This document shows positions 8,376-17,922 of a DNA stretch of 52,938 bases, piece after piece. A model generated the notes under the pieces. It worked only from the letters and a program-made list of their open reading frames with translations, made no database searches and was not told the DNA's origin. Both the position numbers and the translations under genes were made by a program. The first letter of the stretch is position 1. Each line of letters opens with the position of its first letter. Source of the stretch: a bacterium (GTDB lineage: Bacteria; CG03); assembly GCA_043811795.1 (NCBI GenBank), contig JBDRMV010000012.1:1-52938 (forward strand), written 5' to 3'.

Positions 8376-10061
8376 ATGATTTTTAGGGGTATTCCTGTTT
8401 CTCCGGGCATAGCCGTAGGAAAAGTTTTTGTTCTTGAAAAAGAAATTCAGAATGTTTATAGAAGAAACATTCTCGCTAACGCGGTAAAAAACGAAATCGC
8501 GCGTTTCAGAAAAGCGGTTTCGCAAACACGAAATGATATTATGGACGTCGAGAAAAAAATCCGGAAAGAACTTGGGCGGCGGAAAAGCCAGATTTTTGAG
8601 GGCTACCGGCTTTTCCTGGAAGACAGAATTCTCATAGAAGACACGGAGGAAATTATCCGGAAACAGAAAGTCAACGCCGAATTCGCATTCTCAATACAGT
8701 TGAAAAAAATTATTTCGGAATTTCAGAACATAAAAAATGCTTATCTGAAGGAAAGAACGCGGGACATATCCGAGCTGGGTAACAAAATTATGGCTCATCT
8801 TTTGCAGAGAGACGAAAAGTTCTCATGGTCGCAAATTCCCGAAAATTCGGTAATCGTCGCTCACAACATTACCCCGGCGGACACCACAAACATGAAGGGC
8901 AATTCGGTGATTGCCTTTGTAACCGATATCGGCGGGAAGACATCCCACACGGCAATTATGGCGAGAGCCCTTGAAATACCCGCCGTCACCGGGCTGAAAA
9001 ACTTTTCGCAGAACATTGAGGGTATGCAGGACATCATCGTTGACGGGGTAAGCGGAATCGTGATAACCGAGCCCGACGAGGAAACGCTCATAAATTACAA
9101 AAGAGAACGAAAAAAATATCATGAGGAACAATACTCCCTGCAGTATCTCATAGAAAAACCGACCGTTACCCGTGATGGAAAAACCCTGACTCTCACGGCG
9201 AACATAGAAATACCGGAGGAAATCCCAACGGTTCTTGCTCACGGCGCCGAAGGAATCGGCCTTTACAGAAGCGAGTACATTTTTATGAATTCTCCGGAGG
9301 TGCCGAAGGAGGCAGAGCAGTATCAAATATACAAAACAATCTGTGAAAAAATGCTTCCCTACCCCGTCATAGTAAGAACTTTCGATATAGGAGCGGATAA
9401 ACTTTCCGATTCAATAGAACTCCCCGATGAACCTAATCCGATAATGGGTCTGAGAGCAATCCGGCTTTACTTTAAAATCCCCGAGGTTTTCAAGACACAG
9501 CTGAGGGCTTTGATGAGGGCATCTTCGGCGGGGAATTTGAAAATAATGATTCCGATGATAACCTCCGTTTCCGAAGTGAAAAAAGTAAAGACGATTCTTG
9601 AAGAAGTGAAGCGCGAACTTGAAAACGAAGGCGTCCCGTTTAACAAAAAAACACCCCTCGGGGCGCTGATTGAAGTTCCTTCCGCCGCTCTCACCGCCGA
9701 CTTAATAGCGGAGGAAGTTGACTTTTTAAGCATCGGGACAAACGACCTTATCCAGTACACTCTTGCCGCCGACAGGTCAAACGAAAACGTCGGCTATATT
9801 TATGAGCCGATGGACCTCTCCATCCTGCGGCTCATTGATTATGTCGTAAAGGCATCCCACCGGGCGGGCAAGCAAGTTTCAATGTGCGGGGAAATGGCTT
9901 CGGACCCCGCTTACACCAAACTGCTTGTGGGAATGGACTTTGATGAGTTGAGTATGTCTTCAATTTCAATCCCCAAAATAAAGCAGATAATACGAACGAC
10001 AGATTACAAGGAAGCAAAAAAATTTGCAAGGGATTTTATAAAAAACCCTCTGGATATATGA
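8376..10061 (+). CDS. ptsI: Phosphoenolpyruvate-protein phosphotransferase (Enzyme I)
   Basis: It has the phospho-His region GGKTSHTAIMARALEIPAV and PEP-utilising C-domain motifs (GTNDLIQY, CGEMA). SD AGGAG lies upstream. Confidence 0.95.
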   Translation: MIFRGIPVSPGIAVGKVFVLEKEIQNVYRRNILANAVKNEIARFRKAVSQTRNDIMDVEKKIRKELGRRKSQIFEGYRLFLEDRILIEDTEEIIRKQKVNAEFAFSIQLKKIISEFQNIKNAYLKERTRDISELGNKIMAHLLQRDEKFSWSQIPENSVIVAHNITPADTTNMKGNSVIAFVTDIGGKTSHTAIMARALEIPAVTGLKNFSQNIEGMQDIIVDGVSGIVITEPDEETLINYKRERKKYHEEQYSLQYLIEKPTVTRDGKTLTLTANIEIPEEIPTVLAHGAEGIGLYRSEYIFMNSPEVPKEAEQYQIYKTICEKMLPYPVIVRTFDIGADKLSDSIELPDEPNPIMGLRAIRLYFKIPEVFKTQLRALMRASSAGNLKIMIPMITSVSEVKKVKTILEEVKRELENEGVPFNKKTPLGALIEVPSAALTADLIAEEVDFLSIGTNDLIQYTLAADRSNENVGYIYEPMDLSILRLIDYVVKASHRAGKQVSMCGEMASDPAYTKLLVGMDFDELSMSSISIPKIKQIIRTTDYKEAKKFARDFIKNPLDI

Positions 10062-10062
10062 T

Positions 10063-11040
10063 ATGAGCGACAAAGAAAAAATTTCTCTTATTTCAAAAAC
10101 GTTCAACGCGTTAAAGAGCGAACTTTCAAAAGCCGTCATCGGGCAGGACGCGGTCATAGAACAGCTGTTGATTTCTCTTTTTGCGAAGGGGCATGCCATC
10201 ATCGTGGGCGTGCCGGGCCTCGCTAAAACGCTGCTCGTGGCAACTCTCGCCCGGATTCTTGACCTGAAATTCTCAAGAATACAGTTCACCCCCGACCTGA
10301 TGCCATCGGACATAATAGGAACGGATATAATAGAAGAGGACTTAAAATCGGGACGCAAAAATTTCAGGTTCATAAAAGGCCCTGTTTTTGCCAACATAAT
10401 TCTGGCTGACGAGATAAACAGAACGCCCCCGAAAACGCAGTCCGCCCTTCTTGAAGCAATGCAGGAATATAAAGTGACCGCGGGCGGGAACGACTATGTT
10501 CTTGAACAGCCGTTTTTTGTGCTCGGAACGCAGAATCCCATCGAACAGGAAGGGACGTACCCTCTGCCCGAAGCGCAGCTCGACAGGTTTTTCTTTCAGA
10601 TAAACATTTTTTATCCCAGCGAAGAAGAAGAAAAGAAAATTGCTCTCACGACCACGGCATTCCCCGATTACGACCTGAAAACGATTCTTACGAAAAAAGA
10701 AATTCTCGGGATACAGGATTTCGTAAGGAAAATACCCGTTCCCGACAATTCGCTTGAATACGCCGTAAAACTCGTAAAAATGACGCGCCTGCCGGACGGC
10801 GACCCCGATATCATAAAATGGATTTCGTGGGGCGCAGGGCCCAGGGCTTCGCAGGCGCTCGTTCTGGCTGCAAAAATAAAAGCGGCCCTGGACGGAAGAT
10901 TTTCCGTTTCAAAAGAAGACATAAGAGACATTGTCTTCCCCGCCCTCAGACACCGCCTGGTCATAAATTTCAGCGCCGAAGCGGAGGGAATCACTGCGGA
11001 CGATATAATACGGAAAATGCTGGAGAAAAATTTAAAATAA
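10063..11040 (+). CDS. MoxR-family AAA+ ATPase
   Basis: It has Walker A GVPGLAKT, Walker B ILADEINR and typical MoxR length. No vWA/DUF58 partner follows. Confidence 0.9.
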   Translation: MSDKEKISLISKTFNALKSELSKAVIGQDAVIEQLLISLFAKGHAIIVGVPGLAKTLLVATLARILDLKFSRIQFTPDLMPSDIIGTDIIEEDLKSGRKNFRFIKGPVFANIILADEINRTPPKTQSALLEAMQEYKVTAGGNDYVLEQPFFVLGTQNPIEQEGTYPLPEAQLDRFFFQINIFYPSEEEEKKIALTTTAFPDYDLKTILTKKEILGIQDFVRKIPVPDNSLEYAVKLVKMTRLPDGDPDIIKWISWGAGPRASQALVLAAKIKAALDGRFSVSKEDIRDIVFPALRHRLVINFSAEAEGITADDIIRKMLEKNLK

Positions 11041-11043
11041 TTA

Positions 11044-11490
11044 ATGGAAACAACGGCAAAGAAAACAGGAAAAAAAGAAAAAAAAATCCTGAAAGTCATT
11101 TTAACGGTTCTCGGTGTTTACATTCTGATTAACCTGATTGTTTATACGGACGTTTATCTCCGGGCAAGGTCTTCGTATCTCAAGGGGGTTCAATATTTAG
11201 AATGGTTTGAAGAACCGCAGTTAAAAAAGAACTTCCTGGACAAGTGGCTGAAGGAACGGATACATAAGATTTCCGCCGGGGAAAAAAGCGAAAATGAAAT
11301 CCTGAAAAAGGCCATTGAAATGCAGTATAAAATGCAGATGGAAGACAACGACGCGAAAAACGCTTATTTCTGGTTTCAGACAACCGTTGAGTGCTTTCAG
11401 CCCCCGCGCTCAAAATATGTGCGCCTGGCGGAAGAAAAAATGGCGCTCGCAAAAAAACTCTGGGACAATTCAGCGGCGGCGCAAGAATGA
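11044..11490 (+). CDS. Hypothetical membrane-anchored protein
   Basis: It has a Lys-rich N-terminus and one TM helix (ILKVILTVLGVYILINLIVY). It is tightly packed between moxR and the antiporter. Confidence 0.5.
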   Translation: METTAKKTGKKEKKILKVILTVLGVYILINLIVYTDVYLRARSSYLKGVQYLEWFEEPQLKKNFLDKWLKERIHKISAGEKSENEILKKAIEMQYKMQMEDNDAKNAYFWFQTTVECFQPPRSKYVRLAEEKMALAKKLWDNSAAAQE

Positions 11491-12434
11491 TTCCTGACCT
11501 TCTCATAATTGCCATTTGTTTCTTTTTTATCTTTAAGTCCGCCGACATTCTCGTAAGCAGTTCAAGCCGTATTGCCGCGCATTACGGCATTCCACCGGTT
11601 TTCATAGGGCTCGTTCTCGTGGGCCTCGGCACCTCAGCCCCCGAGATATTCGTAACGGCAATCGCTTCCTATACGAAGCACCCCGGCGTCGTGATCGGAA
11701 ACGCAACAGGGAGTATCGCATGCAACGCCGGTCTGGCGATGGCGGTTATCTTCTGGCTGTTAAAACCCGGCGAAGCACCGGCGGATATGAAGGCGCTGGG
11801 AAGCAGATTCTGTCTTGTAAACGGGCTGTTTCTCGCCGGCGGAGCGGCGGTAATGATGTTTTTCCTGCAGAACGGCGTCTCCCCGCTTAAGGGCCTGGCG
11901 CTGCTTGCCGTGGTCATTCTTTATTTGTTTGTCAATTCGCGCATCAGCAAAAAGTTTGCGGAGGTTCCCGCCCCCGAGGGAAAAATATGGGTGGTCCTTG
12001 TCAAATTATTCTGCGGCCTGGCTGCGCTGGTAATTGCTTCAAAATTTCTGGTCGTTTCCGCGACATCCTTTGCCGAAAAAATCGGAATCCCTGAAATCAT
12101 AATAGGCATAACCCTGATTGCGGTGGGCACTTCCATCCCCGAAATCGCAACATCCATAAGCGCCACGAGGCAGGGAAAAATAGGGATTGCCGTCGGAGAA
12201 CTCGTCGGCTCGCAGGCGCTTAACCTCTACCTGCTGCTCGGTCTGGCGTCGCTCATAAGACCCTTTGCGGTTGAAAATTCAAAGCATATCTTCGGATGGA
12301 TGGCTTTTATTCTCGGAGAACTCATGCTTCTCATCTGGCTGAAAAAAATCCCGTCAAAACTGAAGGCGCTGATTGCGCTGTTTACGTACGCCGTTTATAT
12401 CGCGTTTAATTTTAGGTTTTTAATGCCCGCCTGA
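11487..12434 (+). CDS. CaCA-family cation/Ca2+ antiporter (YrbG-like)
   Basis: Two alpha-repeat motifs are present, GLGTSAPE and AVGTSIPE. The start was taken at the ATGA overlap with the previous gene. The upstream part of the ORF from 11391 overlaps that gene. Confidence 0.85.
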   Translation: MIPDLLIIAICFFFIFKSADILVSSSSRIAAHYGIPPVFIGLVLVGLGTSAPEIFVTAIASYTKHPGVVIGNATGSIACNAGLAMAVIFWLLKPGEAPADMKALGSRFCLVNGLFLAGGAAVMMFFLQNGVSPLKGLALLAVVILYLFVNSRISKKFAEVPAPEGKIWVVLVKLFCGLAALVIASKFLVVSATSFAEKIGIPEIIIGITLIAVGTSIPEIATSISATRQGKIGIAVGELVGSQALNLYLLLGLASLIRPFAVENSKHIFGWMAFILGELMLLIWLKKIPSKLKALIALFTYAVYIAFNFRFLMPA

Positions 12435-12461
12435 AAAATATGTTTTAAAGGAGGCTCAATA

Positions 12462-12668
12462 ATGCTATTGATGCTGATATCCGCCTGTTTCCTGTTAATG
12501 TTTCTGTGGCTGGATCTTCGGGTAAATGCCATAGAAAAAGTAAATAAAGACATACAATTCTCCATTCCGAAACTGCTGGATAAAATTTCCCAGTTGAGGA
12601 AACGCCTGGATGAAGCCGAAAAATTCTTGAATATAGAAAATTTCAAACCTGGCGAAAAAAAACTATAG
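12462..12668 (+). CDS. Small membrane-anchored coiled-coil protein, hypothetical
   Basis: A strong SD AGGAGG at 12449-12454 lies 7 nt before the ATG. It has one TM helix and then a charged helix. Confidence 0.5.
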   Translation: MLLMLISACFLLMFLWLDLRVNAIEKVNKDIQFSIPKLLDKISQLRKRLDEAEKFLNIENFKPGEKKL

Positions 12669-12771
12669 AAAAAGGCGTTCCCTATTTTCTGTATTTGAAT
12701 CCGGCTTTTGAGTTATAATTCACCATAATATGAAATTTTGTATCAAACCGTAAAAGCTCAGTAAACGGCGT

Positions 12772-12962
12772 GTCATTTCCCTCTGGAATCTGCCCTCTGC
12801 AATCCAAAGGATTGCGAGGACTTAGTCCCGGAAATTCTTTGAATTCCTCGGGGCGAGGGAATGACGCGAAGCGGCACAACCGAAGCGCTTCGTGCGCCGT
12901 GGCGCGCAATCTCGATATTGCCACGCTGTTCCCTCGTTTCACTCGGGACGCCCGCAATGACA
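12772..12962. repeat. GC-rich hairpin-dense intergenic element (two adjacent units bounded by GTCATT/AATGAC)
   Basis: The inverted pair GTCATTTCCCTC (12772-12783) / GAGGGAATGAC (12855-12865) encloses the GCAATCC-AAA-GGATTGC hairpin (12799-12815). The second unit holds the palindrome CGAAGCGCTTCG (12881-12892) and ends in GCAATGAC at 12962. Confidence 0.5.
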
Positions 12963-12987
12963 AATACGGTGTTCACTGAATATTTAC

Positions 12988-13018
12988 TTGACATACATAT
13001 TACCATATTGTAATATGT
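12988..13018 (+). promoter_or_regulatory. Sigma70-like promoter with overlapping ArsR-type operator
   Basis: TTGACA (12988-12993), a 17-nt spacer and TAATAT (13011-13016). An 8-bp inverted repeat ACATATTA (12995-13002) / TAATATGT (13011-13018) spans the spacer and the -10. Confidence 0.5.
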
Positions 13019-13041
13019 TACTGAGAAAGCGAGGTGCGAAT

Positions 13042-13377
13042 ATGCGGAAAATAATGAAGATACTTGATGCATTATCTGAAGAAACAAGAATGAGGGTGTT
13101 TCTGCTTTTAATTAACGGGGATTTATGCGTATGTGAGCTGGTGAATATCCTTAATATGAAGCAGGCAAGGATATCGCATATAATGAAAAAACTGACCGAC
13201 GCCGGACTTACAGACAGCAAAAGAAACGGTAAATGGATTGTTTATTCGGCAAAACCGGCGGCTTTAAAATCGGGTATTGTTAAAGGTTTGTTAGACGATA
13301 TCAAGATATCTATGTCTGATTTGAAAAATCTGAGACAATGCAAGAAAGACAGAATAAGAGAGACCTGCGGCAAATGA
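13042..13377 (+). CDS. ArsR/SmtB-family metalloregulator
   Basis: It has a winged HTH with the CVCEL metal-binding motif (DLCVCELVNIL). SD GAGGTG lies 6 nt upstream of the ATG at 13042. The ATG at 12988 coincides with the -35 box. Confidence 0.85.
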   Translation: MRKIMKILDALSEETRMRVFLLLINGDLCVCELVNILNMKQARISHIMKKLTDAGLTDSKRNGKWIVYSAKPAALKSGIVKGLLDDIKISMSDLKNLRQCKKDRIRETCGK

Positions 13378-13378
13378 T

Positions 13379-14548
13379 ATGAAAGAAAAACATAAATTTA
13401 TATCTATACTTACCGTTTTCTTAATTGCTTATTACGCTCCATTTGAAGCATTAAAATTATCCGGTCCGGTATTTGAAGCTCTTATGATGCTCCAGGAATA
13501 TGCCAGGCAGCATGTATTATTATGTCTTGTCCCGGCTTTTTTTATTGCCGGGGCAATATCCAATTTCGTAAGCCGGCAATCGGTGATAAAGTATTTCGGC
13601 GCAAAAGCAAATAAAGTCCTTTCGTATTCCGTCGCTTCTGTTTCAGGCGCGATTCTTGCGGTATGCTCATGCACGGTTCTTCCGCTTTTTGCGGGAATAT
13701 ACAAAAAAGGCGCGGGGATAGGCCCGGCAACTGCATTCCTGTATTCCGGACCCGCAATTAATGTGCTTGCGATTATCCTTACGGCAAGAGTTCTCGGATT
13801 ACAACTTGGTATTGCAAGAGCAGCCGGCGCAATAATATTTTCAATTGTCATTGGTCTTTCCATGCATCTTATATTCCATAAAGATGAAAAAAACAGGCAA
13901 GACACAGGCAATTTTAATATGAGCATTGAAGATTCAAAAGACAAACCTCTCTGGCTTATGGCATTATATTTCGGCGTAATGATAGCAATACTTGTTTTTG
14001 CAAACTGGAGCAGAGATGAAAGCATAAAAATATGGCAGACCTTTTATAATATCAAATGGTACATAACCGGAGCATTCCTTTTGATTCTGGCCGGTGTATT
14101 ATATAAATGGTTCGGTAAAGACGAACTAAAATCATGGACAGAATCTACCTGGGGATTCGCAAAACAGATACTGCCTCTTTTGTTCGGCGGCGTGCTTGTT
14201 GCGGGCTTGCTTCTGGGCCGTCCCGGACATCAGGCGCTGATACCCGAAAGCTGGATACAAAACCTTGTCGGCGGCAACAGTATATGGGCAAATTTATTCG
14301 CATCAGTATCGGGCGCTTTGATGTATTTTGCCACTTTAACGGAAGTCCCGATACTGCAGGGCTTGATAGGCGCCGGCATGGGGAAAGGCCCTGCCCTTGC
14401 GCTTCTTCTTGCCGGACCCGCTTTAAGTTTACCGAATATGCTTGTTATAAGGAGTGTAATCGGCACGAAAAAAACGCTGGTTTATATTTTTCTTGTCGTA
14501 ATAATGGCGGCAATCAGCGGAATTGTTTACGGAAATTTATTCGGTTGA
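13379..14548 (+). CDS. ArsP_1/DUF318-type permease with a vicinal Cys pair
   Basis: It is polytopic, with the motif AVCSCTVLPLFAG. It is typically paired with a small thioredoxin-fold protein, which is present next. Confidence 0.8.
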   Translation: MKEKHKFISILTVFLIAYYAPFEALKLSGPVFEALMMLQEYARQHVLLCLVPAFFIAGAISNFVSRQSVIKYFGAKANKVLSYSVASVSGAILAVCSCTVLPLFAGIYKKGAGIGPATAFLYSGPAINVLAIILTARVLGLQLGIARAAGAIIFSIVIGLSMHLIFHKDEKNRQDTGNFNMSIEDSKDKPLWLMALYFGVMIAILVFANWSRDESIKIWQTFYNIKWYITGAFLLILAGVLYKWFGKDELKSWTESTWGFAKQILPLLFGGVLVAGLLLGRPGHQALIPESWIQNLVGGNSIWANLFASVSGALMYFATLTEVPILQGLIGAGMGKGPALALLLAGPALSLPNMLVIRSVIGTKKTLVYIFLVVIMAAISGIVYGNLFG

Positions 14549-14559
14549 GGAGGAAAATC

Positions 14560-14790
14560 ATGAAAATTGAGATACTCGGAACGGGCTGCCCGAAGTGTAA
14601 AAAACTCACACAGAATGCAGAGGAAGCGGTAAAAGAGCTTGGCATCGATGCAGAAATTATCAAAGTAACAAAGATAAACGAAATAATGAAATACGGCGTA
14701 ATGCTTACTCCCGCTCTTGTGGTTAACGGCGAAGTAAAAGAGTCCGGAAAACTCCTGAGTAAAGAAGAGATAAAAAGCATCATCTCATGA
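14560..14790 (+). CDS. Small thioredoxin-fold protein (redox-active disulfide protein 2 type)
   Basis: MKIEILGTGCPKCKKL carries a CxxC. SD GAGGAGG lies at 14546-14552. The longer ORF from 14134 overlaps the permease gene. Confidence 0.8.
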   Translation: MKIEILGTGCPKCKKLTQNAEEAVKELGIDAEIIKVTKINEIMKYGVMLTPALVVNGEVKESGKLLSKEEIKSIIS

Positions 14791-15263
14791 ATAAAAAATT
14801 AGTATTAATTTTAATGATTATTTCGATTGGCGCATGCAGGATTCCTGAAAATAATTCCAGGGAAAAAACAAAATCGGGGAAAAAAGAGCAGAGTACTGAC
14901 AGGCAGGAAATTACAAGTGGTAATAAAAGCCAAATAATTAAAAGTACCACATCAGCCGTTTCAGAAACAAGTAAGGAAGAAATCAAAGTAACTTTTATTG
15001 AACTCGGTTCGGTCGGATGTATTCCCTGCAAGATGATGCAGCCTATAATGGCTGAAATAGAAAAAGAGTACGCGGGTCAGGTGAAAGTTATTTTTTACGA
15101 TGTGTGGAAACCCTCAGGAAGGCCTTACGCGCAGAAATATGGTATAAAGGCGATTCCGACACAGGTTTTTCTCGACAAAAACGGGAATGAATATTACAGG
15201 CACACGGGTTATTTTCCCAAAGAAGAACTGGTTAAAATTTTGAAAATGCAGGGCGTAAACTAA
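14787..15263 (+). CDS. Thioredoxin-like lipoprotein
   Basis: It has a lipobox-like ISIGAC, then a thioredoxin domain with GCIPC and a cis-Pro region IPTQVF. Confidence 0.8.
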   Translation: MNKKLVLILMIISIGACRIPENNSREKTKSGKKEQSTDRQEITSGNKSQIIKSTTSAVSETSKEEIKVTFIELGSVGCIPCKMMQPIMAEIEKEYAGQVKVIFYDVWKPSGRPYAQKYGIKAIPTQVFLDKNGNEYYRHTGYFPKEELVKILKMQGVN

Positions 15264-15967
15264 TGCTGCGAACACTCTTTGAATGGCTTTCAAAATCTCT
15301 TTATGCTGCGCCTTTTATCGCACTCCTTGCGTCTTTTTTATGGGGGATATTGAGCATAATATTGAGTCCCTGCCATCTGGCCAGTATCCCTCTTATCGTC
15401 GGGTTTATAAACGGACAGGGAAAGATTTCAACGAAGCGCGCTTTCCTTATATCTTTGCTTTTTTCATCCGGCATACTGGTTACAATTGCCGTAATCGGCG
15501 TTATAACCGGCTTGCTTGGAAGAATGCTCGGAGATATCGGCAGGTTCGGCAATTATTTCGTCGCTGTAATCTTCTTTATTATCGGGCTTCACCTGCTGGA
15601 GATAATACCGCTCCCTTTCCTCGGGAAAGCAAACCAGCCCGGTTTCAAGAAAAAAGGTTTTGGGGCGGCTTTTCTTATGGGTTTGCTTTTCGGCGTTGCT
15701 TTAGGCCCCTGCACATTCGCTTATATGGCGCCCATGCTGGGTGTGGTTTATACGGTCGCGGCAAAAAATATTTTATTTGCGGGAGCCCTGATATTATCAT
15801 ACGCGGCCGGACACTGCTCGATAATCATTTTTGCGGGAACATTTACCGAAGTGGTACAGCATTATCTGGACTGGAACGAAAAATCAAGAGGCGCAATAAT
15901 TCTTAAAAAACTGTGCGGAATTCTGGTTATCCTGGGTGGAATATATTTAATTTACAGTTGCGTATAG
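15263..15967 (+). CDS. ccdA: Cytochrome c biogenesis CcdA/DsbD-like thiol-disulfide transporter
   Basis: It has six TM helices with the conserved SPCHL and GPCTF Cys motifs. Confidence 0.85.
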   Translation: MLRTLFEWLSKSLYAAPFIALLASFLWGILSIILSPCHLASIPLIVGFINGQGKISTKRAFLISLLFSSGILVTIAVIGVITGLLGRMLGDIGRFGNYFVAVIFFIIGLHLLEIIPLPFLGKANQPGFKKKGFGAAFLMGLLFGVALGPCTFAYMAPMLGVVYTVAAKNILFAGALILSYAAGHCSIIIFAGTFTEVVQHYLDWNEKSRGAIILKKLCGILVILGGIYLIYSCV

Positions 15968-15979
15968 GGAGGTTCAAAT

Positions 15980-17146
15980 ATGAGTAACGAAAAAAGAGGA
16001 ATAAGTTTTTTTGAAAAGTATCTTACGGTCTGGGTGCTTTTGTGTATTGCCGGCGGAATAGTTTTAGGCAAGATGCTGCCCGGTATGGCAAAATTTCTCG
16101 ACGGTCTTGCAATATATGTCGGTGAGGCTCCCGTCGTTTCCATTCCCATTGCGATTTGTCTTTTTTTTATGATGTATCCTATTATGGTGAAAATAGATTT
16201 TGCGGAAGTAGTCCAGGCCGGCAAAACACCGAAACCTGTTTTGCTTACTCTTTTTGCAAACTGGGCTATCAAACCGTTTACGATGTATGCGATTGCTGTT
16301 TTCTTTTTAGGGTTTGTTTTTAAGAAATTTATCGGCGCCGATGCAACAGATATTGTGAAACTTCCGCCCGGGGCGGCGGACTGGGCAGCCGGTTCGATTC
16401 ACGGAGCCGGTACGGTTATAATGCAGAACGGTATGAAAATGCTCGAAATACCGTTATGGAGAAGTTATCTCGCCGGATGTATTCTGCTCGGAATAGCGCC
16501 CTGTACCGCTATGGTTTTGGTATGGGGTTATCTTGCTAAAGGCAATGACGGACATACCTTAGTAATGGTTGCAATAAATTCGCTGACGATGCTGCTGCTG
16601 TACGGTGTTCTTGGAGGATTTCTTCTCGGCGTCGGAAGACTCCCTGTTCCCTGGCAGGCATTATTGTTATCAATAGCCATATATGTTGCTCTCCCGCTGG
16701 TAGCAGGATATTTTTCAAGAAGAATGCTTATAAAATCAAAGGGAGAGGAATGGTTTAAAGAAAAATTCTTACATCTATTGACCCCTGTTTCAATATCCGC
16801 TCTATTGATAACGCTGGTTCTGCTGTTCTCATTTAAAGGCGATATCATCCTTTCAAAACCTTTGACAATTCTCTGGATAGCGATTCCGCTATTCATACAG
16901 ACCAACCTGATATTCTGGATAACGTACGGACTGGCGAAAATACTTAAGTTTAATTATGAGGACGCTGCGCCTTCGGCCATGATTGGAGCAAGCAACCATT
17001 TTGAAGTAGCCATAGCAACAGCGACAATGCTTTTCGGATTATCTTCAGGAGCGGCTCTTGCGACAGTCGTAGGTGTTTTAATAGAAGTCCCTGTAATGCT
17101 GATGCTTGTAAGAATTTGCGTGAACACACGCAATTGGTTTGCATGA
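15980..17146 (+). CDS. acr3: ACR3-family arsenite efflux transporter
   Basis: It has the N-terminus [14 protein letters not shown] and the conserved GIAPCTAMV motif. The length is about 388 aa. Confidence 0.9.
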   Translation: MSNEKRGISFFEKYLTVWVLLCIAGGIVLGKMLPGMAKFLDGLAIYVGEAPVVSIPIAICLFFMMYPIMVKIDFAEVVQAGKTPKPVLLTLFANWAIKPFTMYAIAVFFLGFVFKKFIGADATDIVKLPPGAADWAAGSIHGAGTVIMQNGMKMLEIPLWRSYLAGCILLGIAPCTAMVLVWGYLAKGNDGHTLVMVAINSLTMLLLYGVLGGFLLGVGRLPVPWQALLLSIAIYVALPLVAGYFSRRMLIKSKGEEWFKEKFLHLLTPVSISALLITLVLLFSFKGDIILSKPLTILWIAIPLFIQTNLIFWITYGLAKILKFNYEDAAPSAMIGASNHFEVAIATATMLFGLSSGAALATVVGVLIEVPVMLMLVRICVNTRNWFA

Positions 17147-17330
17147 TACAATTCTATTCCGCGGCAATAGCAGCCTACCTTTATTGCCATCTCCCTGTAA
17201 TCCTTTGCCTGCTTTGGCTTTTCCTTTTTGTGTTCAGTGTCATTGCAGCCAAGTAAACTTCGAATTTGTCATAAAGAGCGCAAATTACTATAATTTAGCC
17301 GGTGAAAGTAAAAAAACGCTTAATTTAAGT

Positions 17331-17909
17331 ATGGATAAATTCTTGTTGTGTTTCATTCCTTTATTTGTCGCAGTGGATACTCCCGGTATTTTACCAATGT
17401 TTATCACGCTTACCGAAGGTTTAAAAAAACGGCAGGTTAGAAGGATAATAGTACAGTCAATAATTACGGCGGCTGTTGTGTCTGTTCTTTTTGTATTTTT
17501 CGGAAAAACTCTGCTGGAAGTGCTCAATATAACAGTATATGATTTTATGATAGCCGGAGGTATGCTGTTATTCATAATTTCCGTCAGCGACATTCTCTCA
17601 TACGAGAAGAAGCAGAGGCATATAGATGCTGACAGCCTCGGGGCGGTGCCTATCGGAGTTCCTCTCATAGTAGGCCCGGCAGTGCTGACAACGAGCCTTA
17701 TTCTTGTAAATGAATACGGCAGCTATTTAACGGTTGTATCATTAGTTTTAAATATTCTCATTGCCGGCCTTGTTTTCTTTTTGTCCGACAATATATATAA
17801 ACTGTTAGGCCGGGCCGGTTCAAAAACTCTTTCCAAAATTGCCAATCTGCTTCTTGCCGCTATCGCTGTGATGATAATCCGCAAAGGAATAGCGGGGATG
17901 TTACAGTAA
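17331..17909 (+). CDS. MarC/UPF0056-family membrane protein
   Basis: MDKFLLCFIPLFVAVDTPGILPMF is a typical MarC N-terminus. The upstream part of the ORF from 17139 is non-coding-looking. Confidence 0.78.
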   Translation: MDKFLLCFIPLFVAVDTPGILPMFITLTEGLKKRQVRRIIVQSIITAAVVSVLFVFFGKTLLEVLNITVYDFMIAGGMLLFIISVSDILSYEKKQRHIDADSLGAVPIGVPLIVGPAVLTTSLILVNEYGSYLTVVSLVLNILIAGLVFFLSDNIYKLLGRAGSKTLSKIANLLLAAIAVMIIRKGIAGMLQ

Positions 17910-17922
17910 TTATTATTCGATA

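Noticed and set aside
10063-11490. MoxR ATPase plus downstream 148-aa protein as a two-gene system
   Set aside because: The small protein has no vWA/DUF58 features. It looks like a simple membrane-anchored helical protein, and nothing distinguishes it beyond ordinary operon packing.
12682-13087. Three overlapping ORFs (12682-12963 minus, 12770-12979 plus, 12773-13087 minus)
   Set aside because: They lie in the GC-rich hairpin element, overlap each other on both strands, lack ribosome-binding sites and have low-complexity Arg/Ser/Pro-rich translations. The last one also runs through the arsR promoter.
14134-14559. Upstream part of the 218-aa ORF preceding the mini-thioredoxin
   Set aside because: It overlaps the permease gene out of frame. 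A strong SD plus the ATG at 14560 gives the canonical about 77-aa protein.
15283-15906. 207-aa plus-strand ORF in an alternative frame of ccdA
   Set aside because: It is an Arg-rich, non-membrane translation inside a gene whose main frame gives a clean six-TM CcdA with conserved Cys motifs.
17139-17330. Upstream 64 codons of the MarC ORF
   Set aside because: They overlap the ACR3 stop and give a Pro/Cys/Leu-rich non-membrane sequence. The MarC family N-terminus begins at the ATG at 17331.
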